A model generated the notes under the pieces. It saw nothing but the letters and a program-made list of their open reading frames with translations, searched no databases and was not told where the DNA came from. The position numbers and the translations under genes were made by a program. A DNA stretch of 64,000 nucleotides from the NCBI GenBank assembly GCA_963739455.1, contig CAVUAK010000002.1, positions 416,001-480,000 of the forward strand, written 5' to 3'. Each line of letters starts with the position of its first letter. Position 1 is the stretch's first letter. Of this stretch, positions 10,365 through 21,636 are shown piece after piece. Origin of the DNA: an uncultured Gemmatimonadales bacterium (GTDB taxonomy: Bacteria > Gemmatimonadota > Gemmatimonadetes > Gemmatimonadales > GWC2-71-9).

Positions 10365-12401
10365 TCAGCGCTTGAGGTTCTGGAGCCAGTCGTGGAACTG
10401 GTCGAGGTCATCTTCCCCGGCAGCGCCCTGCGGCGCGCCGGCGGGCCGCGGTGCGGAGCCCTGCTGGCCGGAGCCGCCGCCGTAGAACTCATCGAACGAG
10501 ACACCACCGCGATCGGCGGGTGCCGGCCCGGCGCCGCGCGACTTCATGGACATGGGCGGGAGCGGAGCGGCATCCTCACCGAAAATGGCGCTCAGGGTGA
10601 GGTGGTCCGCGGCCGGGCGCGTGGGTGTACCTGGGGCATCGGGACCCGCGGCAACCGGCTCGGTCGCGGGATGGCGGCCCGCCTCGAGGCCATTGGGCCG
10701 CGAGCCAAGCACCGTGCGCATGAGTTCGCGGACGGAGATGCCGCCCGACGAACTGGCCGCGTACGGCGGCAATGGCTTCGCCTGCGGCACCTCACTGGCC
10801 TCGAGTGAGGCGACCCGTTCTGCGAGGCGCGCGTCGCCCGGGCGTCGCGTCAGCAACTCCCGATAGATGCGGAGCGCATCGGCCGGGTGACCCTGCTTCA
10901 GGAACAGCTCCGCCATGCTCTCGGTGACGACCAGTTCCGGCTCGTCAGCATCTACCGGCCCTGGCTCCTCGATATCGACCAGCTCGAGGATCTCATCGAT
11001 CTCGGCCTTCGCGACCTCGGCGGTTGGCGGGTCACTCGCGAGCGAGATGATCTCCATGATTTCCGTGATGGCGAGGCTGTCGACCTCGGTCGCCGGTGCC
11101 GCCGCCATCTCGGCCACCGGCAGCATCGGGGACACGACCGGCTCGTCATCGGGCTCGAAGGGCGCGGCACCGGCATCCAGCGCAGCATCGCTCCATGTCA
11201 CCCATTCACCTGGCTCCGCGTCATCATCTTCGTCGAACACGGCGGCAACCGCCGGCGGGAGCCCGTTGTCACGCCCTTCAGACGCAGTCGACTGCGGCTC
11301 CGGCGAAGCGGATGGCTTCAGCAGGTCGGCAGCGACATCGGACGACTGGTACTCATTGGCCGTGACTGCCGTGTCACCAACGGACAGCGCGCTCCCGCCG
11401 AAGTCACTGGATGCGTCCGGAAGCTGGAACTCCGAGGCACCTGTTGCCGCCTCGGCCTCGGGAATGAGTTCGTCGGACGCCGATGGCAGCTGGTACTCGG
11501 ACGCACCATTCGCCGCGTCCATCGAGGGCGCGGCGCCCAGGTCTTCAGAGGCTGAAGGCAGCTGGTATTCGGAGGCCTCGGAGTTCGCAGCGTCCGGGAC
11601 GGTATCGGCACCGAAGCCCTCCGACGCCGATGGCAGCTGGAACTCGGTGTGCTCCGCGGCACTGAGGACGATTTCCTCCGAAGTGCCGAGCTGCATCACA
11701 CCGAGGATCGCATCGTCCAGCACGACCGCGCTCGGATCGGCGTACGTCACTGGCTCGGGTGCGGACGCAATGGTCGGCTCGAACGCTTCCACCGGCGGCG
11801 CCTCTGATGTGGCAGCACCGCTGGTTTCCCGTTCGACCGTCTCCAGGGGTGGCAACTCCTCGCCAAACGCATCGTCGGCCAGGTCAGGTGACTCGACTGC
11901 GTTCTGCTCCAGGCCGTCGAGCGTGTTCACCTCGAGGACTTCGCCCGCTTCCACGGCGCCCTCGGCCGCCGCACCGCTCTCAGCCGATGCCTGCTGGGCC
12001 TGGTTCGCCCGGACCCGTTCCAGCTGTTCTCGCGCCTCGTCGTTGCTGCGATCAACGACGAGCAACTGCTCGAGCCAGCGCGATGCATCGCCGAACCGGG
12101 CGCCGCGCTCGGTGATGTCGGCCAGTGCCTTGAGCGCGATCACGTTTTCCGTGTCGAGCTCCAGCACGTGCCCAAACGCCTGCTCGGCGGCGGCGTCATT
12201 CTTCAGGTCAAGATGACACCGGCCCAGCACGATGCTGGCTGGTATGTAGTCGGGGTGCAGCTCGAGACCGGGGGTCAGGACGCTGATCGCGTGCTCCGGA
12301 TCGCCTGACTTCCGGTAGGCTTCCGCCAGAGGGGCGAACGTCAGCCCCTGCGGGTTCTCCTGATATCGCCGTTCGAGCTTCTCGATCTCGCTTAGCGCCA
12401 T
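10365..12401 (-). CDS. TPR protein with long acidic repeat linker
   Basis: N-terminal TPRs (FAPLAEAYRKSG, LGRCHL), acidic linker, further TPR (SMAELFLKQGH), C-terminal DDLDQFHDWLQNLKR. Confidence 0.8.
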   Translation of the reverse strand: MALSEIEKLERRYQENPQGLTFAPLAEAYRKSGDPEHAISVLTPGLELHPDYIPASIVLGRCHLDLKNDAAAEQAFGHVLELDTENVIALKALADITERGARFGDASRWLEQLLVVDRSNDEAREQLERVRANQAQQASAESGAAAEGAVEAGEVLEVNTLDGLEQNAVESPDLADDAFGEELPPLETVERETSGAATSEAPPVEAFEPTIASAPEPVTYADPSAVVLDDAILGVMQLGTSEEIVLSAAEHTEFQLPSASEGFGADTVPDAANSEASEYQLPSASEDLGAAPSMDAANGASEYQLPSASDELIPEAEAATGASEFQLPDASSDFGGSALSVGDTAVTANEYQSSDVAADLLKPSASPEPQSTASEGRDNGLPPAVAAVFDEDDDAEPGEWVTWSDAALDAGAAPFEPDDEPVVSPMLPVAEMAAAPATEVDSLAITEIMEIISLASDPPTAEVAKAEIDEILELVDIEEPGPVDADEPELVVTESMAELFLKQGHPADALRIYRELLTRRPGDARLAERVASLEASEVPQAKPLPPYAASSSGGISVRELMRTVLGSRPNGLEAGRHPATEPVAAGPDAPGTPTRPAADHLTLSAIFGEDAAPLPPMSMKSRGAGPAPADRGGVSFDEFYGGGSGQQGSAPRPAGAPQGAAGEDDLDQFHDWLQNLKR

Positions 12402-12565
12402 CCCGGATCCGTGACCGTAAGTTGTTGGGGGATAATACGCTATAGTAAAACGCCGTGTCGCAGGTGTCAACAGCTTCAGCGAAACCTGCGCTTGAGCTTT
12501 CGCGTTGCCAGTCTTACTCTTAAGGCCCTTTTGGGCCTTCTGTAACTGACCGGGGTGTACGCCAA

Positions 12566-14392
12566 ATGATGAAGTCGGTTCGCAACGTCACCACCAAGGT
12601 GGCTGCCGTAATTTTCGGGCTCCTGATGCTCCTCTTTGTCCTGCAATTGAGCGGGATATTTGATCGCAGCTCGGGAAGCACTCTTTCCTCCACCTCGGTT
12701 GGCAAGATCAACGGTCAGGCGATCGATGCTCGTGCCTATCAGGCGGCGGTACAGCAGACGATCGACAACCAGCAGAGGCAGACCCCGGGCCGCCTGGGCA
12801 TGGAGCAGACCGAGCAGATCCGCAACCAGGTCTGGGACCAGTTCGTGGATCGCGCGGTCATGGAGTCGCAGTACAAGAAGTACGGCATCACGGTGGAGCA
12901 GGACGAGATCCTGAACGCCATGCGGACCCAGCCGATCCAGGACCTCGTCCGGTCCCAGGAGTTCCAGACCGACGGCCAGTTCGACCTGGCGAAGTACCAG
13001 CGCTGGCTTGCATCCCCCGGTGCCGCCCCGTACCTGGAAATCCTCGCGGCGCAGTATCGCGACGACATTCGCCGCTCCAAGCTGTTGCAGGCCGTCACCG
13101 CTGACGTCTACGTCTCCGATGCGGCCCTCTGGCAGCAGTTCCGCGACGCCAACGAGTTGGTGACGATCAGCCTGACCGCCATCCTGCCGCGCAACGCAGT
13201 GGCGGATTCGCTGGTGACGGTGACGCCCGCCGAGGTGGCCGAGTACTACAAGCAGCACCAGAGCACGTTTGAGCGCCCCAAGACCGCCTTCGTCACCTAC
13301 GTCTCGCTGCCGAGCTTCCCCGATGCCTCGGACACGGCGGCAGCACTTGCCCGTGCCCAGCAGGTTCGCGCCGAGATCGTCGGTGGCGCGCCGTTCGGTG
13401 AGGTGGCGCAGCGCGAATCGTCCGACAGTGTTTCCGCGAAGAACGGCGGCGACCTGGGTGAGTGGAAGAAGGGCGACATGGACGCGGCCTTCGATGCGGC
13501 GGCCTTTTCCCTGCCCATCAACGCGGTGTCCCAGCCGGTGCTGTCGCAGTTCGGGTATCACGTCATTCAGGTCAGCAGCCGCTCAGGCGACAAGGCCAAG
13601 GCGCGCCATGTCCTGATCCCCATTGAAGTCTCGGGCACGCACCGCGATCGGCTTGAAGCTCAGGCAGATTCGCTGGACCGGCTGGGTGACCAGAAGGTCA
13701 GCCCGGCCGCCTTCAGCGATCTCGCCAAGGCGATGGGCCTGGAAGTGCGGACCACGTCGGTCCAGCAGGGGACACAGGTCCTCGACGGCAATGTCGTGGT
13801 TCCTGACGCCGGCATCTGGGCATTCCAGGCCGCGCCGGGCACTGCCAGCCCCGTCATCGAGACCAACTTTGCGTTCTACCTGTTCCGGCTCGACAGCCTG
13901 ACCAAGAGCGGCGTCCCGGCACTGGCCGATATTCGCGGCTCCGTTGAATCGGCGGTGCGCGACGAGAAGAAGGTCGGGAAGGCGCGTGAGCTTGCACAGG
14001 CGTACATCGCCCGGCTGGACAAGGGTGAGACGCTGCCGGACGCCGCCAAGGCGATGGGCTTCCCCAACCGCCAGTTTGGCCCGTTCGCGCGGGTACAGCC
14101 GCCCATCCAGAGTGGCCAGGTGGTCGGCACGGCATTCGTGCTGAAGCCCGGCGAGCACTCCGGCGCCATCGAGACGCCCCAGGGCATCTACGTCCTGGAG
14201 ACCGTCACCATTGTTCCCGCCGACTCGGCGCGCTTCGTCAAGGATCAGGAGAAGCTGCGGACCGACTCGATTCGCCGGGCGCGCCAGAACAGGGTGCGGA
14301 ACTACCTGCAGGCGCTCAAGGATGCCGCCAAGATCGTGGACAACCGGGCGGAGCTCTACCAGCGCACCCAGGCGCAGCAGGCAGCGTCGTAG
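12566..14392 (+). CDS. SurA/PpiD-type peptidyl-prolyl isomerase chaperone
   Basis: N-terminal TM anchor, VGKING, parvulin motifs SAKNGGDLG and SQFGYHVIQV. Confidence 0.9.
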   Translation: MMKSVRNVTTKVAAVIFGLLMLLFVLQLSGIFDRSSGSTLSSTSVGKINGQAIDARAYQAAVQQTIDNQQRQTPGRLGMEQTEQIRNQVWDQFVDRAVMESQYKKYGITVEQDEILNAMRTQPIQDLVRSQEFQTDGQFDLAKYQRWLASPGAAPYLEILAAQYRDDIRRSKLLQAVTADVYVSDAALWQQFRDANELVTISLTAILPRNAVADSLVTVTPAEVAEYYKQHQSTFERPKTAFVTYVSLPSFPDASDTAAALARAQQVRAEIVGGAPFGEVAQRESSDSVSAKNGGDLGEWKKGDMDAAFDAAAFSLPINAVSQPVLSQFGYHVIQVSSRSGDKAKARHVLIPIEVSGTHRDRLEAQADSLDRLGDQKVSPAAFSDLAKAMGLEVRTTSVQQGTQVLDGNVVVPDAGIWAFQAAPGTASPVIETNFAFYLFRLDSLTKSGVPALADIRGSVESAVRDEKKVGKARELAQAYIARLDKGETLPDAAKAMGFPNRQFGPFARVQPPIQSGQVVGTAFVLKPGEHSGAIETPQGIYVLETVTIVPADSARFVKDQEKLRTDSIRRARQNRVRNYLQALKDAAKIVDNRAELYQRTQAQQAAS

Positions 14393-14416
14393 CGTCGTAG
14401 CGTCAGGCAGTACAGC

Positions 14417-14454
14417 GAAAGAAGAAGGGGCGACCATTCGGTCGCCCCTCCTTC
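14417..14454 (-). terminator. Intrinsic terminator between convergent ppiD and tatA
   Basis: Stem AGGGGCGACC-ATTC-GGTCGCCCCT; U-rich tail (TCTTCTTTC) on the minus strand. Confidence 0.8.
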
Positions 14455-14487
14455 ACGTCTGCACCTCGCACAGCGCCGGACCGACGC

Positions 14488-14736
14488 CTACTGTGACAGC
14501 CGCTTCGGCTCACCCGTAGACTGCGGCGGTGCCTGGCTCGCGTCCATTTGACGCGATGGAAGGCTCTGGTGCGAATCCTGGCGCATGACCTCGTCCTGGG
14601 TATCGGTCAGGCTCCTCTTGAACTCGCGGATCCCCTTCCCGATCGAGGCCCCAACCTCCGGCAGGCGCTTCGCCCCGAAAACGAGCAGCACCACCAGCAG
14701 GATGATCATGATCTCGGAAAAACCGAGGTTTCCCAT
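14488..14736 (-). CDS. tatA: Twin-arginine translocase TatA/E
   Basis: LLVFGAKRLPEVGASIGKGIREFK; GGAGG RBS. Confidence 0.96.
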   Translation of the reverse strand: MGNLGFSEIMIILLVVLLVFGAKRLPEVGASIGKGIREFKRSLTDTQDEVMRQDSHQSLPSRQMDASQAPPQSTGEPKRLSQ

Positions 14737-14745
14737 GGCGACCTC

Positions 14746-15021
14746 CTAGAAGAGCGACCGCGCGATCAGGTAAGCGAGCACCACCCCGATCAGGCCCAGC
14801 AGGGAGACGTGCAGCCCTACCGGACCCAGCGTGAAAGTTAGCACCAACAGATCGGCCGACACAGGCCCGACCGTGGGCGTCCAGGTACTGGTGAAGAAGG
14901 TCTTGGCGGCGCTGTCAGGCATCCAGCGCTGGAGCAATGCATTGAGGAACCCACCGACGATGAAGCCGGAAACCAGCACTCCCAGGTAGAACCCGGGTCG
15001 TCTCGGACCAGCCCGCATCAT
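14746..15021 (-). CDS. Small membrane protein, DUF4321-like
   Basis: Two hydrophobic segments, DLLVLTFTLG...SLLGLIG; family assignment from recall. Confidence 0.65.
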   Translation of the reverse strand: MMRAGPRRPGFYLGVLVSGFIVGGFLNALLQRWMPDSAAKTFFTSTWTPTVGPVSADLLVLTFTLGPVGLHVSLLGLIGVVLAYLIARSLF

Positions 15022-16003
15022 CGCTTGCGGTCCGCCACATAGGCGATCGAGGCGCGGAGCGCCTCACGAGCCGGCGACGACGGCAGTACGTCGAGTTCAC
15101 CCTCCGCCTGCTGGGCGAACCGCAGCGCGCGCTCCCGGGCGTAGTCGAGCCCGCCGGCGCGCGCCACCGCCTCGACGACCTCGGCAACCTGGTCGCTGCT
15201 TGGCTCCGGTGTCTGCAGCAGCCGGGTGACGGCCTGGCGCTCGGCACCGGTGAGGTTCGGCAGGGCCGCGATGAGTGGCAAGGTGACCTTGTGCTCCTTG
15301 AGATCGAGCCCCGACGGCTTGCCGGTGACGCTCTGGTCCTCGGTGTAGTCGAGCAGGTCGTCGACCATCTGGAATGCCATGCCCAGCGCCTGGCCGAAGC
15401 GCGCCAGTGCCGCGCGCACCTCCGGCGTCGCGCGCTGCGCCCCGACTTCGCAGGCGCCGGAAATGAGCGAGGCGGTCTTGGCCCGGATGAGCAGGTCGTA
15501 CTGCTCCTCGGTGAACTGCAGCCGGTCATGCGCCAGCAGCTGCCGCATCTCGCCCACCGTCATCTCGTTGGTGACCCGGCTCAGGACCCGCAGCGCATCG
15601 AGGTCACTCAGGTTCACCAGCTCGATCACGGCGCGGGAATACAGGTAGTCGCCCATGATCACCGACACCTGGTGACTGAACAGGCTGTTGATCGTCGGCA
15701 TGCCGCGTCGCAGCACGGAATGATCGACCGAATCGTCGTGCACCAGCGTGGCCAGGTGGATCAGCTCGATGGTCGCGGCAAGCGGAACGGCACGAGGATC
15801 GGGACCGCCGGTCGCCTCGTCGGTGAGCAGGGTGAGCGTGGGACGGAACATCTTCCCCTGCATCTGGAAGAGGTGCGCGTTCACGTCGGCGATGAGGTTG
15901 AAGTCCGCCTCGACGATGCGTCGCAGCTCGGCCTGTACCTGCGGCAGGCGGTGCAGGATCGGCGCCTGGACCGTCGCGAGGCTCACCGACGCCACCTCGG
16001 AAC

Positions 16004-16007
<4 letters not shown>
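15018..16007 (-). CDS. Polyprenyl diphosphate synthase (IspB/HepT-like)
   Basis: GKMFRP, IHLATLVHDDSVD..RRG, KTASL, FQMVDDLLD, GKPSGLDLKEHKVTLP. Confidence 0.93.
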
Positions 16008-18650
<2,643 letters not shown>

Positions 18651-18694
18651 TCGGCTCGGCCCGGCGATTGGGGAAACTCAGGAGCGGCTTGCAC

Positions 18695-20216
18695 TTAGGG
18701 AAGATAGGAAGGCGCAAGCTCCCCCGCTAGCACCCTCGAGGCCAACCGCTCCAGGTCGGGAGCCGGCGGCCGATCGGCGCCCAGCGGGGGAACGCCGCCA
18801 ACCGGCGAGCGGACCTTCTCGTACAGCTCGATCACGCCCTTGCCTGGCTGGAGCGGCTTCAGGAACTCGAGTCCCTGGGCTCCGCACAGCAGCTCGGCAC
18901 TGATGACATGGGCGGCATTGTCGGAGGATCCGGGACGCCTTGAAGGCCGCCGCCATGCCCATGGGGACGAAGTCCTCCTGGTTGGCGTCCGTCGGAATTG
19001 AGCCGATGCTGGCCGGCATGGCGATGCTCCGAGACTCGGCCACCAGGGACGCCGCGGTGATCTGGACCATCATGTAGCCGGATGAGAGCCCGGGGTTGTC
19101 CGTGAGGAAGGCCGGCAGTCCCTGCGACAGGTCGGGGTTCACCAGGCGCTCCACCCGTCGCTCTGCGATTGCCTGCAGCGTCGTCAGGGCGATCGCCAGG
19201 AAATCGAGGGCCTGCGCCACCGGCTGTCCGTGGAAGTTCCCGCCGGAGAGCACCTCGCCCGACTCGAACACGAGCGGATTGTCGGTTGACGCATTGAGCT
19301 CGATGCGAGCCACTCCCTCGACGAAACGAATCGCATCGAGCACGGCCCCGAGCACCTGGGGCGAGCACCGCAGGCTGTAGGCGTCCTGCACCCGGTCGTC
19401 GTTCTCGCGATGTGACTCCCGGATCTCACTCGCCTCGAGCAGCTGCCGCAGGAGGGCGGCGGCCTCGATCTGCCCCGGGTGCGGACGGTTGTCGTGGATG
19501 CGGGGATCGAGCGGCACCGGTGTGCCGCGAAGGGCCTCCAGCGACATCGCCGCGGCGCCGACGGCGGTGCGCCAGACCAGGTCGGCATCGTGCACCAGGA
19601 GCGCGAGCATCGCGGTCTGTGCCTGCGTGCCGTTGATGAAGGAGATGCCTTCCTTCGGCGCAAAGCTGAATGGCTCGAGTCCCGCGGCCCGGAGCGCGGC
19701 ACCGGCGGCGCGCCCATCCGACAGGGATCCCTCACCCATCAGGACCAGTGCGATATGGCTCAGTGGCGCGAGATCGCCGCTGGCACCGACGCTTCCCTGC
19801 TCCGGCACCGCCGGCACCAGTCCGCTGTTGATGAGTGCCACCAGCGCGTCCACCAGCTCAGGTCGTACACCACTGGTGGGGCGGATCAGTACGTTGGCCC
19901 TGAGCACCATCACCCCGCGCACGACGTCGGCCGGCATCAGCGCCCCGACGCCGGCAGCATGGCTCCGAATCAGGTTCACCTGCAGCTGCTCCAGCTGGTC
20001 AGGCGCGATGCGGACGTTGGCGAGCTTCCCGAACCCGGTGTTGATGCCGTAGATCGTGGCACCCGATGCGACCGCCGCATTCACCCGCCCCCGGCTCGCG
20101 GCAAGTGCCGCACGCGCTTCGGGAGCTACTGCGATCGAGGTGGCGGGATCGCGCGCAACCCGGACCACATCGGCGATGGTGAGGGACGAGCCGTCGAGAA
20201 TGAGGTTCTGGGGCAT
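18695..20216 (-). CDS. hutH: Histidine ammonia-lyase, frameshift near 18920
   Basis: IYGINTGFG, MIO motif GSVGASGDLAPL, QDAYSLRC, GGNFHG, NQEDFVPMG; the C-terminus continues in another frame (ISAELLCGAQGLEF) to TAA 18695. Confidence 0.93.
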
Positions 20217-20311
20217 GGGCCAAAATAACCGGGCGGACATGAGGCGACAGGCACGGCAGGAGATGAACCTGGTACCTGCTGCCTGACTTCCTGCCGCCGA
20301 CTTCCTGCCCG

Positions 20312-21442
20312 CTAGCGCATTCGAATCAGCTGCGGATTTCCCGGATCCGTCTGGAACGACCAGTCGATGATCGTGAATTCAGTGCCCACGTGCGTCGCTC
20401 GCACGGCACCGTAGCGCAGGAAGCCATCCGGCGACCCGGTGATCTGGATGACGTAGCCGTATCCCGGCAGCAGCTGGACAGGGGTGTGACTGTACCCGCC
20501 CACCGGTGCGATGTCGATGCTCGTCAGGTCGGGAATCGGACCGCCAGAATAGAGCGCCACCGAGGCCTCCGCGCGCACCGGCGTCAGCCAGAGCTGGCCG
20601 GCCCCATCGCGCTCGATGGAAAAATCGGCGCTGGGTGATGCGCCCGCGAGTACGAGGCCCAGTTCACTGTCTTGTGCCAGGCCATCGTTGTTCTGGTCGC
20701 GCCAGAAGCGGAAGCCGCTCTGCGCCGCGTCGAACTGTGAGGAGGTGATCGCAATGTTGCGCGCGTCAGGACGCGGGGTGTCGTCCACAATCGGCGACCA
20801 GAGGCTCTCGAAGCCCTCGATGGTCACCGCCGACACACCGAAACAGCGTGGGAAGCCATTGGGCAACGCCCCGGCAATGAACTCCGGGGCCACCGTGGTA
20901 CCCTCGAGCACCCAGCCGGTATCGAGGCAGAGACCGGTGTCGAGGTTGAACGGGGTGCTGAATATGCGATAGGTCCGGAAGCCGGCGGGGTCAGCCTCAA
21001 AAGGATTGTCCGTCCACGCCAGCGCCACCGCGCCGTTGAGGCTCGTACTGAACAGCTGGTTGACGCGTGGCAGGGTCAGCCGTTCGTCTACCGTCACGAC
21101 ATTGCTGCCCACCGACTCGAATCCGTCGAAGTCCACGGCCGTGACGTAGTACTGCAATTCCGGCACACCCTGGTCGTGGAAGCTGTTCGACGTGGTCGTG
21201 CCCCGCAGCACGAAGGCCTGTGACGTGTTGCTGCGCGAGTAGATGTTCCACACGTTGACGCTTCCATCGGTCACCTGGTCCCACTCCAACAGTGTCGCCA
21301 CCGGGATCGTGGCCGGCCCGCCCGAGGTCACGTCATAGAACAGGTTCGTGGGAGGTGGCAACGTTCCCCCTCCCGGCGCCACGATGTTGTTCGTGGTGCA
21401 GGCCGCGAGCAGCAGGAGCGCGAGCGAGAGCCGGCGGGGCAT
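20312..21442 (-). CDS. Lipoprotein with fibronectin-III-like beta domains
   Basis: MPRRLSLALLLLAAC lipobox; YYVTAVDFDGFES and FGVSAVTIEGFES repeated FN3-type ends; GGAGA RBS. Confidence 0.7.
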   Translation of the reverse strand: MPRRLSLALLLLAACTTNNIVAPGGGTLPPPTNLFYDVTSGGPATIPVATLLEWDQVTDGSVNVWNIYSRSNTSQAFVLRGTTTSNSFHDQGVPELQYYVTAVDFDGFESVGSNVVTVDERLTLPRVNQLFSTSLNGAVALAWTDNPFEADPAGFRTYRIFSTPFNLDTGLCLDTGWVLEGTTVAPEFIAGALPNGFPRCFGVSAVTIEGFESLWSPIVDDTPRPDARNIAITSSQFDAAQSGFRFWRDQNNDGLAQDSELGLVLAGASPSADFSIERDGAGQLWLTPVRAEASVALYSGGPIPDLTSIDIAPVGGYSHTPVQLLPGYGYVIQITGSPDGFLRYGAVRATHVGTEFTIIDWSFQTDPGNPQLIRMR

Positions 21443-21479
21443 GGCGTTGTTTCTCCGAGAGGTGATGCAAGGAGCGCTG

Positions 21480-21496
21480 AGCAGGGAGTATGCCAA
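21480..21496 (-). promoter_or_regulatory. Candidate sigma54 (-24/-12) promoter of the lipoprotein gene
   Basis: Minus strand TTGGCATACTCCCTGCT (GG-N10-GC), about 38 nt upstream of the ATG. Confidence 0.55.
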
Positions 21497-21607
21497 TGAG
21501 GGTGTGAAGACGTGAGGGCGTGAAGACGTGAGGCCTATCTTACGCGATACCAATGCCTTTCAGCATTCGGTCACCTCACCTCCTCACGTCTTCACGTCCT
21601 CACGTCT
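21497..21607. repeat. Inverted repeat built of 8-bp tandem units
   Basis: 21508-21533 AGACGTGAGGGCGTGAAGACGTGAGG versus the reverse complement of 21582-21607, 25/26 identical, 48-nt spacer. Confidence 0.85.
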
Positions 21608-21636
21608 CCGAAGGGCGTCGCCGCCCAAGGACAGCG

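Noticed and set aside
14383..14405. AGCGTCGT tandem repeat at the ppiD stop
   Set aside because: Under three units; a trivial local duplication.
21497..21607. CRISPR array
   Set aside because: Units are 8/16-bp tandem and inverted with no unique spacers, and no cas genes are present.
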